A DNA stretch of 62,568 bases, filler included, from Piptocephalis cylindrospora (GCA_003614145.1; 14 parts of 14 records of this genome joined end to end with filler, not necessarily neighbours in it), one strand, 5' to 3'. Positions 10,954 through 22,652 are shown, counted from the first letter of the whole stretch. Translations and numbers: made by a program. The notes: generated by a model not told the origin, from the sequence alone.

Positions 10954-13172
10954 ATGCATCGCTTTGCTCGTCCTCTCCTCAAACAGCCTCGTCACTGGAT
11001 GAGCCCCACCCGGCTCCAAGGGCGCGCTTTCCCCGTCAGCTCCGTGGGCCTTCAGGCTACACTGACCCCCAAGGCCTATGTGTCTACGAGCTTGGAAAAG
11101 GTAGGTTTCATCCATCTTGAAAAACTCCACCCAACTCCTAACCGACCAACGATTGTTTCTCATATCCGGTACAGGCAGTTATTGAGCGCATTGAAAAGAA
11201 GAGGCAGGAGGCTATGGCGGGTGGAGGGGAGAAGCGCGTGGCTGCCCAGCATGCCAAGGGAAAGCTGACAGCTAGGGAACGTGTTGATCTCTTCCTTGAC
11301 AAAGGGTCCTTTCGCGAGTACGATGCCTTTGTCGAGCACCAGTGTGTAGACTTTGGCATGGAGAAGAACCGAATTACTGGCGATGGTGTAATTACAGGTA
11401 AGAGTTTGTCAGTAGAAGGGCCACCGCCCCCCCTCCTTCCGCTCATCATCTCATCCATCCTCTCTACACCAGGTCAAGGCAAAGTCAATGGAAGACCCGT
11501 CTTTGTCTTTAGTCAGGATTTCACTGCCTATGGCGGTAGTTTGTCCAAGATGCACGCTCAAAAGATATGCAAGGTACTTCTTTCAAGCGCGCTCCCCTTC
11601 AACATAGGGCCGGTAGAGCCTAACAAGGACGCTGTCTAATCATCTCTGCGCCACGTAGGTCATGGAAAAAGCCATGTTGGTGGGCGCTCCTATAATTGGT
11701 CTGAATGATTCTGGAGGCGCCCGTATCCAGGAAGGAGTGGATTCCCTCGCCGGATATGCCGACATCTTCCAGAAGAATGTCTTGGCCTCTGGGGTTATCC
11801 CTCAAATCTCCCTGATCATGGGTCCTTGTGCAGGTAGGGTAGAGGCGTTTTTCTTTCCCCCCTCCTCTCCCCCCCCCCCCTATTTATTCATAAACATCAC
11901 TTTATAGGTGGAGCGGTCTACTCACCAGCCTTGACGGATTTCACCTTTATGGTGCGGGATACCTCCTACCTCTTCGTTACAGGTCCTGATGTGGTCAAGG
12001 CTGTGACCGGCGAGACAGTGACCCAGGAGGAGCTGGGTGGGGCCAAGGCCCATACTGCCAAGTCAGGTATGCGACTTGATCGTCCAATCTGTCTCGCTTG
12101 TCATCCTTCTCACTCTCTTTTCCCTTCCTCCTGGAGAAGGTGTGGCGCACAAGGCCTTTGATAATGACATGGAGGCCCTAGTGGAACTACGTCGGTTCAT
12201 TGACTTTCTGCCCCTAAGCAATCAGGCTACTTCTCCCCCTCGCCGACCCACCCAAGACCCAATGTAAGCCTAGGACGGGACGGGGCGGGGCGGGGCGCTG
12301 ATGCACCAAACTTTACCCTCATTCTTCTCTCCCTCTCTCTAGGGACCGGGAGGATGAAGCCCTCAACGTCATCGTGCCCGTGGATAGCACTAAGGCGTAC
12401 GATATCAAGGATGTCATTACACGCCTTGTAGATGAGGGTGACTTTTTCGAAATTATGCCCGACCATGCCAAGAACATCGTCGTGGGCTTCTCCAGACTCG
12501 ATGGTCAGACCATCGCTATCATTGCAAATCAACCCGCCGTATCCTCAGGGGTCCTGGACATTGCTTCATCCACCAAGGCTGCTCGTTTCGTCCGGTTCGC
12601 CGACGCCTTCAACATCCCTCTCCTTACTCTAGTGGATGTTCCGGGATTCCTTCCTGGAACGGCCCAGGAGCACGGAGGGATTATTCGACACGGCGCCAAA
12701 CTCCTTTATGCATACGCCGAAGCTACAGTTCCCAAGCTCACTGTCATTACCCGAAAGGCCTATGGCGGGGCTTACGATGTCATGAGCAGTAAGCATCTTC
12801 GTGGTGATATCAACTTTGCCTGGCCTAGCGCCGAGATTGCCGTGATGGGCGCTAAAGGAGCCGTTGAAATCATCTTCCGGAACCAAGATAATCGATGTAA
12901 GTGCATGAGGGATAGAGGGGAGAGAGGGTTGGAGAAAGTGAAGGTGGAAGCAAGAGGGTTGACTCTTCTACCCTTCTCTCCCTTTTATAGCTGAAGCAGA
13001 GGCTGAGTACGTGCGCAAATTTGCCAATCCGCTCCCTGCCGCCCAAAGGGGTTTCCTGGATGATGTCATCCTCCCCTCCACCACGAGGCCCCGGCTTATC
13101 GAAGAACTTCGTTTGCTGAGTGGGAAGAAGCTGAAAAATCCTGCCAAGAAGCACGGGAATATCCCTTTGTAA
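10954..13172 (+). CDS. PCCB: Propionyl-CoA carboxylase beta subunit (carboxyltransferase), multi-exon
   Basis: Motifs [54 protein letters not shown] and [16 protein letters not shown]-terminal KKHGNIPL*; about 7 GT-AG introns. Confidence 0.95.
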
Positions 13173-13411
13173 AGGGTTCTTTTGTTGGGGGGGAAGAGGG
13201 TATGAGGGATATCATCATACAGTGCGTGAGAGGAAAGGGCAACGCGGTAGGTTATACAGATCACCTTTCCCACACACTCTCTTTCTCTGTGATCCATAAA
13301 TGCATAGAAATGAGGCAAAAGTAGGCGATCAAGATACTTCTTTCCCTTTACCACCCACATACGCATAGAAACGACAATTCATCTATACCCAGTCCAATCC
13401 AACCTCACACT

Positions 13412-13477
13412 TTAGGAAGCATTGGCAGGAAGAATCCTGGCCATGATGCCACCCTCAGTCACGGCCACCTTGACCTC
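13412..13477 (-). CDS. 3' end of an unidentified gene (EVKVAVTEGGIMARILPANAS*)
   Basis: Open frame from the contig edge to TAA. Confidence 0.3.
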   Translation of the reverse strand, partial: EVKVAVTEGGIMARILPANAS

Positions 13478-13577
13478 NNNNNNNNNNNNNNNNNNNNNNN
13501 NNNNNNNNNNNNNNNNNNNNNTTAATTAATTAANNNNNNNNNNNNNNNNNNNNNNNNNNNNNNNNNNNNNNNNNNNN
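13478..13577. other. Artificial contig linker
   Basis: N44-TTAATTAATTAA-N44. Confidence 0.97.
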
Positions 13578-14250
13578 CGTCGCTCTTGGGCCCAGTCAAG
13601 GAGGTGGAGTCCCCGAGGAGGGTTTGAGTAAGGCGTACTTTACCGTGGACACTCTTGCCCACCTCTCCTATGAAAGGGATGAGGAAGTGGTGTGGGTGAT
13701 GGAAGAGGTGGTAGATAGGATAGTGGCAGCCGAGGCCCCACGTTTGGAGAAGGCATTATGTGCCCCACGAACCACTATGGGTTGGATGCGAAAGGCAATA
13801 GTTGTCCTTCTGCTTCTTCGACTCAAGTCTTACCTGTCACATCCTCAAGGTCAAAGTTGGAAGCTGGAATGGGACCCATTCTCCACGATGAAATCTTTAT
13901 TGGAAGGAAGGGAGATTGGGTCAGCATGGATCATTGGATTAGAATGGTATGGTAGTTTAGATCAGGGAACTGAGGGTGGGAAAGGGTGGGAGCAGGTCAA
14001 ATCCCTACTCCAAAGGATGCTTCTTGACGACAGTAAGCGCGGGGGAAATGACGCGGAGGAGGAGATTGTGAAGGAGGAAGGAGGAAGGCTAGAGGAAGAG
14101 TCATTACGTAGAGCTGGTCAATTAGGATCGATGCGACAGGATCTTCTAAAACGGGTCCTATCCCAGCCTTTGTTTGCCATGGAGGGAGACGAGAGTAGTG
14201 AAGAAGATAGTGAGGATGATGAAGAGGACGATGCCAAATGGTATCAATAG
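13578..14250 (+). CDS. Probable cohesin loader Scc2/Nipped-B C-terminal fragment
   Basis: YFTVDTLAHLSYERDEEVVWVME and AIVVLLLLRLKSYL resemble Nipped-B C-terminal helices; acidic tail; 5' partial. Confidence 0.5.
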
Positions 14251-14479
14251 AAGGCTCAGACTGATGGTCCGAGTAGTTCCCGCACGGTGTATAGATGATA
14301 TGGCAAGAGGCACTCTTCCACTTAGCAGATAGAGGGGTGTTTGACGCAATGAGACGGGGACCATAAAAATGCAAAAGAATTGGTATATAAAAAAAAGGGA
14401 TGTATAAAATCTCTGATCCTCATCAACAGCCCATACCCGTTCATTGCAACTCAAAAAAGACACGGTAAGCCTAGAGGAT

Positions 14480-16295
14480 TCATGCCTGTTCGGTCACTTC
14501 GGCATCGGCATCAGCGTTAGCATCGGGGCCGTCGTCGATGCGAAGGTCATCCAGAAGCTCTTCCAATCGGACTTCAGGGAAGTCGTCCTCGTCCTCCTCT
14601 TCCTGGCTATCCTCATCACCCTCGCCCATGTGATCTTTATCAGCGGCCTGATCGGTTTCGACCATGTCTTCAGCCTCGCCCATGACTGCGTCCTTCTTGG
14701 GCTTAGCGTCGCTCTTGTAAAGGTTGACGGTGGAACGAAGCTCGGGATCCTCCTCGAGATCACGGAGGAACATCTCAAGATCTTGTTCCACACGTTCCTG
14801 TTCCTGCTTGCGAGGGGCCATCCCATCCTCGACCTCCTTGGCCAGGTGCTTGAGTCTCCAGGCACGGCCACGGTTACGGGCACGACGCACGGGGTAGGAC
14901 TTCTTGACAAGGATGACGTCGGGGAGGGCATTGCGATTAAGGGCATCAAAAGCTTCGTTGTTGAAATTGGCCCTACCCAGGTCAAAGCCCATGGCGTGAT
15001 CACCAGGGTTGAGAATGTTACCGAGGTGGGAACGAGCAAAGAAGGTGGTGTCGTTCTTGCCAAAGTCGGAGATACGAGCGACCTGAACATCGGCCAGGGC
15101 ATACTTTCCACGGCGGGGTCCGCACAACTCCACATCCAGGACATAGTACTCGATCAGAGAGGTGACCGTGGTCAGAGAGGTGAAGGGAGTTCGGTAATAG
15201 GCCGTACAGGAAATTTCCGCAGCTATGGAGGATTGTTGGGGTCAGGAAGTGGGAAAGGCGAAGGGAATTGTATCCTATTGATACCCCGATCTGACGAGAC
15301 TTACTTTGAAGGGTGTTGGGGTCCATCATCTGTAGCGAGTTGCTAACTTTGGTGCACAAAACCAGAGGATTGATGTTGCCAAGGGAATTGGCTAGTTTAT
15401 GGGGAAGACAGATCAGGTCATCCTTGCAGATGGGGACAAGCTCAACCGAGTAGGTAAATTTGTAATTGGTGGTATTGTTATGGATGTCGGAGGAGATGAG
15501 CTGTTCGGATGCCTTAGTTCTAAGGAAAAAGGAGTATTGTTAGAGGGGTAAAGGGAGCGGACGTGTGAATGAGACCAAAGGGCTTACTTGAGTGGAACGA
15601 CGGCAGCGAGGAATTCGCACATGCGGATGGCATGGGAACGCTGAGAGTAGAAAAAGTCCAGACCATCTTTAGCCTCTTTGATGTTAATGGTGTCCTTATG
15701 GGCGCCATGCTTGAGGATAAGCTGCTCGAGATAAAGGAAGGTACGCTTGTGGGGAACCTTTTGACGGACCTGGACCATGGCCTTCCAGGTGTTGGAGGCC
15801 ATGACCTTGGCGCAGTCCTCACATTGCATGCCGCTGACAACGTATTCGACCTCGAACTGTTGCTGAAGGATGGTGGAGGCAAAAACTTCCTTCTGGATGG
15901 TCAACTTGACCTTGATACGACGGGAGTGGGGTTCTGTCCAAAGGAAGCCCGCGTCGACCAGACGAACTTTATTGAGACCACGGAGTTTTTTAAGACACAG
16001 GGCCAAAAGTTCCCGGGACTCGAGGGTACACACGACCCAGTGAGCCGGGGGCTGGAGGTAACGCTCGCAGTTACGACAAAAGTGGATGGTGGCCTGCTTG
16101 GGGATACCCTCAGTGATGTCCACCTCGTTCCTCACGCAATCAGCGCACATGTTGGCCGGGTTGGCCGGGATAAGGGTACCACATACACAACAGAGACTAC
16201 AGAAAGGGAGGGGGTGGGTGAGTATGGTGCGGATGATAAGGCGTGAGTGGGTAGACGTACATTTGCTGCTCGGTCACGGCCGGTTCAAAGTCCAT
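14480..16295 (-). CDS. NMD3: 60S ribosomal export adaptor Nmd3, multi-exon
   Basis: ILCCVCGTLIPANPANMCADC, FLWTEPHSRRIKVK, QVRQKVPHKRTFLYLEQLILKH, HLGNILNPGD and FLRDLEEDPELR; C-terminal LEELLDDLRI export signal. Confidence 0.96.
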
Positions 16296-17727
16296 TTCGT
16301 ATATTTGACCTGAGGATATTTGGGGATACTGGATGAAGGGATGAAAGGACGGAGGGAACAAGAAGCCTCTGACGGGGATCTTACAACAACGCGTAGGGAT
16401 GGGGAAAGGAGGGAGGAAGAACCGAAGACCTTGCCTAGATCTGAGAGCAAGGGTCAACCTTTGCTTTTCTCTTTTATCATAGCCTTGCTTTTTAATGAGG
16501 ATTACCCCCTACTGTGGAGAGCGGGGTGGCTGGTGGTGAGCGACAGCTCTGACTGGCTCGACCTTTTTTTTATCGAGGCTCACTCAGCTCACTCTCTCGG
16601 CGCGTCCCTTCGAAGGAGGGGGGAAGGGGATATGGGTATGTGGCGGGCACATCGAGTCAGACTGAGCTCTTATGCGTTGAAAGACCCTGGTACAAGAGGT
16701 GAGTTGTCTGACTCATCTTACTCATCTCATCCTGAGTCACGTTGCCAACCACAATTGAAATTTGGGATTCAATTCGATTTATTTCGGACAATTTTAGAGT
16801 AAGGCAGAGGGATCATGGGTTGACATGTCATTTGGGATATTTCGCTGTTTTTGCCCATCACACATGTCATTTGGGACATCTGACACATCCATCGCCTCTT
16901 ACCTCTCTCATGGGTATCTTATGGATGGACCGATGAATGGATTGTTGTTGTTGTTTACTGTAGGGATGGGGATGGCATGTATGTTGAGTCGTCTTACCTG
17001 AATATCATCTTGAGAAGGTATTCCCTGAAGAAGTGAATGGTAGAATGCACCTGCAATAAGTGAGTCTGATTGAGTTCCTTATGAGGAGATAATCGCGGGC
17101 CACCCAGTCCATCAATCACTATCTCCGCCTCCGGCTCTATGTGGCCTCTTTCTAAGCATCGCTCCTCCCTCTTCCTCCTCCCCCCTCCCATCCCAAATCG
17201 CAAACCTCACCAAAGGATAGTTACACTTGGGCGCGCATGGAGTATGGATGAAAAGAAAAAATGGGGCTCTGTATGAATTGAAGGGTTATCATAAATCATC
17301 ATCATCGCCATCACGACTGTTTTCCGTGTCGCCATCATCACCATCATGCTCACCATCATGATGCTCACCTAAAACCGCCCACACACCAATCACCACAACC
17401 CCACCCACCCACCGATACCTTTCTTGGGCCCCGCCTGTGAGGGGAGATGGGAGGGAGGAGAAAGAAGATCCAGACGTACACTTACCGATCCAAGGAAGGA
17501 TGAAGAAGGGGAACCTGGACCAGTCTTGCGTAAATGACGAGATGAGCGGGGGTGGGGGAAAAAGTCTACAGATGGTGGATGGGAAAGTGGGTGTGTGTAT
17601 ATATATGTGTGTGTGTGTGCAGGGGGTGAGGAAGGATGGACAGGGTGGGAGATGGTGGTAGAGAGAGGGAGAGGGGGAGGTGGCCTGGAGAGTCAGCATC
17701 CCAACACGCCCATATCCACTCGGAGGC

Positions 17728-17988
17728 CTACCCAGCCGAACTCAGACACAGAGGATCCATGGAGTGATCAGACCTCCAGGAGCACAGGGCCGACTCGAGC
17801 CATACACCGGTGAGTCCGGCAGCAGTGATGCCCAGACCGTCGGACATCCCGACAATACCCAGGGCAAATTCCCTCCATTCTGGGGCAACGTTTTTACGGA
17901 CAAGGAAGTAGCAATTCACGTAAGTGGCCCCACCCAGGAGACCTTCCCAAAGGCTGAGGATGAAGATGGCCCAAACAGACCCAATCCA
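17728..17988 (-). CDS. BTN1: Battenin/CLN3 vacuolar membrane protein, 3' end
   Basis: WEGLLGGATYVN...WREFALGIVGMSDGLGI...ESALC signature. Confidence 0.88.
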   Translation of the reverse strand, partial: WIGSVWAIFILSLWEGLLGGATYVNCYFLVRKNVAPEWREFALGIVGMSDGLGITAAGLTGVWLESALCSWRSDHSMDPLCLSSAG

Positions 17989-18088
17989 NNNNNNNNNNNN
18001 NNNNNNNNNNNNNNNNNNNNNNNNNNNNNNNNTTAATTAATTAANNNNNNNNNNNNNNNNNNNNNNNNNNNNNNNNNNNNNNNNNNNN
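17989..18088. other. Artificial contig linker
   Basis: N44-TTAATTAATTAA-N44. Confidence 0.97.
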
Positions 18089-18162
18089 GCGTACCCAAGC
18101 TCCCCCACCCCCCCCCACAATCCTTCCTCCTTCATCGGCCCCCGTTCCCTCCCTTGCTTTAG

Positions 18163-20073
18163 AAGCCAGTCTCGGAGATTCCCCCGGATGGACGCCAGAG
18201 TCGGAACCGGCTGGAGCCGTCTCCTATCATCTTCCGCTCGGCCAAATTAACATCCAAGAGGGATATTGATCTTTCATCCCGAAATCGCCTCTCCTACCCT
18301 CCACCTGCTACGCCAATCAAGGGCAATTATTCCTATGTTCCCATGTCTACTGAGTTGGATGAACCGACGCTCCCTCAGGAATTTTTTGAGCCTACGATGA
18401 TGCGGAAGCGTGGGGTGTCTTCGGATGGGAGGGTAGAGCAGAAGAAGAAAATTCCAGAAATTAGGTCGCCCGGGACCACCACTCCCTCCATGGGCCATGG
18501 GGTCCTTGAAGTCTCCACACCCATCTTGGACGACCCCATGGGGGAGTTTTCTACTCCGGCCAACCTGATGATCAGAGGGCCTAAACGGAGACCTCCACAA
18601 AGCAAGGAGGAGGGGATCAGTCGAATTCGATCCTTTGGCCACTCCCTCACCTCAACACTTCACATTGTCAAAGAGGCCTTTTCTTCTCCGAGGAAGAGCA
18701 AGCGTAGAAAAGTGAATGAGGAGGAGGAAAGGGGGAAGGAGGAAAGGATAGAGGAGGGAGATGGACCAGATCAGGATAAGCAAATAAGGAAAAATTCAGA
18801 GGAGATGGAGCAGTTGACAACGGCCATGGCTCTTCCGGAGGACCTACAGGATACGGAGTCAAGTAGTGAGAATGGTGACCAATCTGGCACCTCCTCCCCT
18901 CTCCCACCCCTCCTCATGGGTCAGAGGGGGAAACTAACGAGATCGGACACGTTTTATCGACAAATTGCAGCCAGGAGAGGCAATGAGCTTACCTTAGAGG
19001 AGACGACCAGCCCCGTACGAGGATTCATGCATTCTAAGGAGGCTCAAGACACCAACTTTCTACCTCCATCGGCTTTTCCGGCTCTGCAGGGCAAGTTGGT
19101 CCCATCTTCTGGGAAAGAGAGAGATGATGAAATTGATGGATCACAGGAGCCCCCCTCAAAGGATCCGGCGTCCCCGAGAAAGGGGTATATGGAGGGAGGG
19201 TTTCATTGGGTTAGGCTCCTGGGGAAGGGAAGTTTCGCCGAGGTGTTCCATGTCCGGGGAAGGAAGGATGGGAGGGATTATGCAATCAAACGGTCGGTAC
19301 GCCCGTACACAGGGGTCAGTGATCGGAAAAGACAGATCATGGAAGTGCAGGCACTGTGGGCGATGCAGGTGGGTGGAAAGGGAAGGGAGGGAAGCCCGTA
19401 CATTACACGGCTGATATCAGCCTGGGAGGAGGGATCGGTACTGTACTTGCAGATGGATGCGTACACACGGGGGAATCTCCGAGACTGGCTTCTAAAGCAA
19501 GGGAGGGAACGGGGACCGATGAAGGAGGAAGGATTGTGGAGAGTGGTGGGGCAGCTTGGTCATGCGCTGGCATGGGTACACGAATGTGGGTATCTGCATC
19601 TGGATGTAAAGCCGGCGAATTGCCTCCTGACACAGGGCTGGTCAGTGAGACTGGGAGACTTTGGACACGCACTTCCCCAGACAAACCCTCATGTGGGTTG
19701 GGGAGGGGATGAGGGAGATAGGGAGTATGTGGCGCCCGAGGTGATCCGTCGGGGTCTGTACTTGCCGGCAGCAGACGTCTTCTCTGTTGGGATGAGTATG
19801 CTGGAGATGGCATTGAATATCGTGCTGCCCTCCGAGGGGGACATCTGGGAGAGGTTTCGAGAAGGGGATTTTTCCGATTGTGATACCGAGGAGATTGGGA
19901 GATCCAAGGAGGTGCTGGAGACGATGTGGGCCCTTTCACGACCTGACCCGGAGAAGCGAATGACCCTGGTCCAGTTCCTGGATGTGGGAGAGGTGAAGCG
20001 AGGGCTGGCCCAAGTGAGGGTCAGGGAGGAGGGAGGGGGAGAGGGGGGAACAGTTGGATGGGATGGACCCTGA
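18163..20073 (+). CDS. Wee1/Swe1/Myt1-family protein kinase; last exon, probably 5' partial
   Basis: LGKGSFAEV, YAIKRS, HLDVKPAN, LGDFG and EGDREYVAPE (Wee1-type EGD); frame is open back to a TTTAG acceptor at 18162. Confidence 0.88.
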   Translation, partial: KPVSEIPPDGRQSRNRLEPSPIIFRSAKLTSKRDIDLSSRNRLSYPPPATPIKGNYSYVPMSTELDEPTLPQEFFEPTMMRKRGVSSDGRVEQKKKIPEIRSPGTTTPSMGHGVLEVSTPILDDPMGEFSTPANLMIRGPKRRPPQSKEEGISRIRSFGHSLTSTLHIVKEAFSSPRKSKRRKVNEEEERGKEERIEEGDGPDQDKQIRKNSEEMEQLTTAMALPEDLQDTESSSENGDQSGTSSPLPPLLMGQRGKLTRSDTFYRQIAARRGNELTLEETTSPVRGFMHSKEAQDTNFLPPSAFPALQGKLVPSSGKERDDEIDGSQEPPSKDPASPRKGYMEGGFHWVRLLGKGSFAEVFHVRGRKDGRDYAIKRSVRPYTGVSDRKRQIMEVQALWAMQVGGKGREGSPYITRLISAWEEGSVLYLQMDAYTRGNLRDWLLKQGRERGPMKEEGLWRVVGQLGHALAWVHECGYLHLDVKPANCLLTQGWSVRLGDFGHALPQTNPHVGWGGDEGDREYVAPEVIRRGLYLPAADVFSVGMSMLEMALNIVLPSEGDIWERFREGDFSDCDTEEIGRSKEVLETMWALSRPDPEKRMTLVQFLDVGEVKRGLAQVRVREEGGGEGGTVGWDGP

Positions 20074-20350
20074 TGATCCGCTGTGCAATGTTGTATGGAT
20101 GAGATGGGCCTTGATGATTCTCTATGTGGTGCTGTATGGGAGTAGGCTCGCCATTGCACGTTTTACATCTATAGGCTTCATTTGTACTGAGTGTTTACCG
20201 AATTGAAGCGTGCACAGCCTTATTGTCCAACATGGCATATTATCCTAAACTTGGAGAAGGACACAGCGTGAATCGCCTATTCTATGTGACTAGTCACCAT
20301 CCACGCATCATCCTCCCCTTTCTCCCTTCCCATGTCTAAACATTGTTCAT

Positions 20351-22357
20351 CTAAAAAGATCCAGTCTCAGATTTGAGATAGGCATAGCCGGGACTATCTT
20401 TGGGAAGGAGAGGAGAGACGCGACGGAAGCATTCTTGATTGTAGTTGTCGACCCAGAGCTTCTCCTCGGGGGACAGGAGGTCAGGGAGGATGAGAGAGCG
20501 TTGGATAGGGACCCAGGTGATGTTCTCGAAGCCAAGGTAGGACTGACCGGCGTGACCAAAGCGAGTTGGAGTTTCGACTTCCTGGACAAGAAGGACGGAC
20601 TCGATACGGATGCCAAAGGCACCATCCTCATAGTAGCCAGGTTCGTTGGTGACGCTCATGCCGGGGAGCAGAGCAACCTCGTTGAGAGAGGGACGGAAAC
20701 CAATGCCCTGGGGGCCCTCGTGGACATTGAGGAAGGAGCCAACACCATGCCCGGTTCCATGGCGGTAATCAAGCCCATCCTTCCAGAGGGGCGCACGGGC
20801 AAGGACGTCGAGAGAATATCCGGTGGTACCTGGGGGGAAGATGGCGCGATCGAGGGAGATGTGACCCTGGAGGACACGGGTAAAGCACCGACGCTCCCGG
20901 TCGGTGGGGGTACCAAAATGGAGGGTACGGGTGACATCGGTGGTACCATCAAGGTACTGACCTCCGGAGTCACATAGATAAATGGCGTCGGAGGGGATGG
21001 GGGAGCAATGGCCTTTCATGGGCTTGTAATGGATGATGGCGGCGTTAGGGCCGACCCCAGAAATGGTATCGAAGCTCAAGCCCTTAAAGTGATCCTGAGC
21101 AGCGCGGAAGGCCTCGAGACGGTCGGCACCATCGACCTCATCCAGGGAGGGGGTCTGGGAGAGACGGCGGGAAAGCCAGCCAAAGTACTCGCATAGGGCA
21201 GCAGCATCGCGAAGATGAGCTTGACGCATACCCTCCTGCTCAATGTCATTTTTGATCGCTTTGGGCATGAGGATGGGGGAGCGTTCAAACTGGGTATTTT
21301 CATGTCCAAGGGCGTGCTCGAGGGCCCAACTGGTACGAGTGGTGAGGAGGACTTTGCGGGAGGCGAGTAAGGAGGCACGGGAGGAGAGATGGGGGGTGAG
21401 GAGGTGGTCGTAGGGTTCGATTCGGATGGAGCCGGCATCCAGATGGGCACGGACGTCATCGGAGATCTTGGAGGGATGGATGAAGAGGGTAACGACTTCA
21501 TCAGCGGATTCGGAAGCGTCGGAGGCAGGGATGTAGAGGTAGGCAAAGAAGACGGGGTTGTAGGGAATGTCGCTTCCCCGGAGATTCAGGGTCCAAGCAA
21601 CTTCATCTAGGGCGGAGAGGACGACGGCATGGAGACCACGGTTTGCGAGATCTTGTCGGATGGAATGGATCTTTTCCTGGTAGGGCTTGCCGGTGTAGGC
21701 GACGTCCAGGGGGAAGATGGGATGGGTGGGTCTGGAAGGCCGATTAGGCCAGGAGGCGTCGACCAAATTCTCCTGAATGGGGGTGAGTTCGGCGCCGACG
21801 ACGGCGAGGGAGGCCTGGAGGGATCGGGCCTCGGGGGAAGTGATGAGGGTGGGGTCGATACCGACGCGGTCGCCTTTACCGGATATGGAGAGGAGCCAGT
21901 CCTGCCACGAGGGGACGTCCGGAAGCCCCGACTTCATGAGGGTCCAGTTGGAGTCGAGTTGTTGAGAGGCCTGGAGATGGTACCGACCGTCGGTGAAGAG
22001 GGTAGCCAGTTTGGGGGTGACGATAACCAGACCGGCGGATCCGGTGAAGTTGGAGATGTAGGCGCGTCTGGCGTCGCATGGGGCAAGATACTCGCTTTGA
22101 TGAGCGTCCTCCGACGGGATAATGTAGGCGGAGAGGGAGTGGGAGGCCAGATGGTTCCTGAGGGTGGTCAGGCGTTCAGTGGTGTCTGCTTGGGAGGACA
22201 TGGTGGTGCTCAGGGAGGAGGAGGAGGGGGAAAGGTGGAGAAAAGGCTTCTCAGGGTAGGAAGAGTGGGTAAAGGGGGGCTTGGTAAGGGTGACAGGGGT
22301 GGGAAAGGGACGACGTTTAAAGCAGTGAGTGCGGGCCAGGAAGGGGAAGAGACACAT
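20351..22357 (-). CDS. Xaa-Pro aminopeptidase (M24B, XPNPEP1/Fra1-like); second ATG at 22201
   Basis: PSEDAHQSEY, TDGRY, DSGGQYLDGTTDVTRT, HGTGHGVGSFLNVHEGP and NEPGYYEDGAFGIRIE. Confidence 0.95.
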   Translation of the reverse strand: MCLFPFLARTHCFKRRPFPTPVTLTKPPFTHSSYPEKPFLHLSPSSSSLSTTMSSQADTTERLTTLRNHLASHSLSAYIIPSEDAHQSEYLAPCDARRAYISNFTGSAGLVIVTPKLATLFTDGRYHLQASQQLDSNWTLMKSGLPDVPSWQDWLLSISGKGDRVGIDPTLITSPEARSLQASLAVVGAELTPIQENLVDASWPNRPSRPTHPIFPLDVAYTGKPYQEKIHSIRQDLANRGLHAVVLSALDEVAWTLNLRGSDIPYNPVFFAYLYIPASDASESADEVVTLFIHPSKISDDVRAHLDAGSIRIEPYDHLLTPHLSSRASLLASRKVLLTTRTSWALEHALGHENTQFERSPILMPKAIKNDIEQEGMRQAHLRDAAALCEYFGWLSRRLSQTPSLDEVDGADRLEAFRAAQDHFKGLSFDTISGVGPNAAIIHYKPMKGHCSPIPSDAIYLCDSGGQYLDGTTDVTRTLHFGTPTDRERRCFTRVLQGHISLDRAIFPPGTTGYSLDVLARAPLWKDGLDYRHGTGHGVGSFLNVHEGPQGIGFRPSLNEVALLPGMSVTNEPGYYEDGAFGIRIESVLLVQEVETPTRFGHAGQSYLGFENITWVPIQRSLILPDLLSPEEKLWVDNYNQECFRRVSPLLPKDSPGYAYLKSETGSF

Positions 22358-22496
22358 AGCGACTTGGACAGTAGGATGTGCACTGTGTGGGGAGGAGAAG
22401 GAGAGGATGTGGGAGAGAGGAGGGTAAAAGAGGAGGGGGGCGGGGGGGGAGCGGGTATGGGACCAGCGCTTGAAAGGTGTGAGGGGCATAGCGCGG

Positions 22497-22596
22497 NNNN
22501 NNNNNNNNNNNNNNNNNNNNNNNNNNNNNNNNNNNNNNNNTTAATTAATTAANNNNNNNNNNNNNNNNNNNNNNNNNNNNNNNNNNNNNNNNNNNN
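22497..22596. other. Artificial contig linker
   Basis: N44-TTAATTAATTAA-N44. Confidence 0.97.
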
Positions 22597-22601
22597 GGGG
22601 G

Positions 22602-22651
<50 letters not shown>
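22597..22651. repeat. Poly-G tract at contig start
   Basis: About 55 nt, almost all G. Confidence 0.85.

Positions 22652-22652
<1 letters not shown>

Noticed and set aside
16823..16876. 15-nt direct repeat ACATGTCATTTGGGA x2
   Set aside because: Only two copies and no associated element; function cannot be assigned
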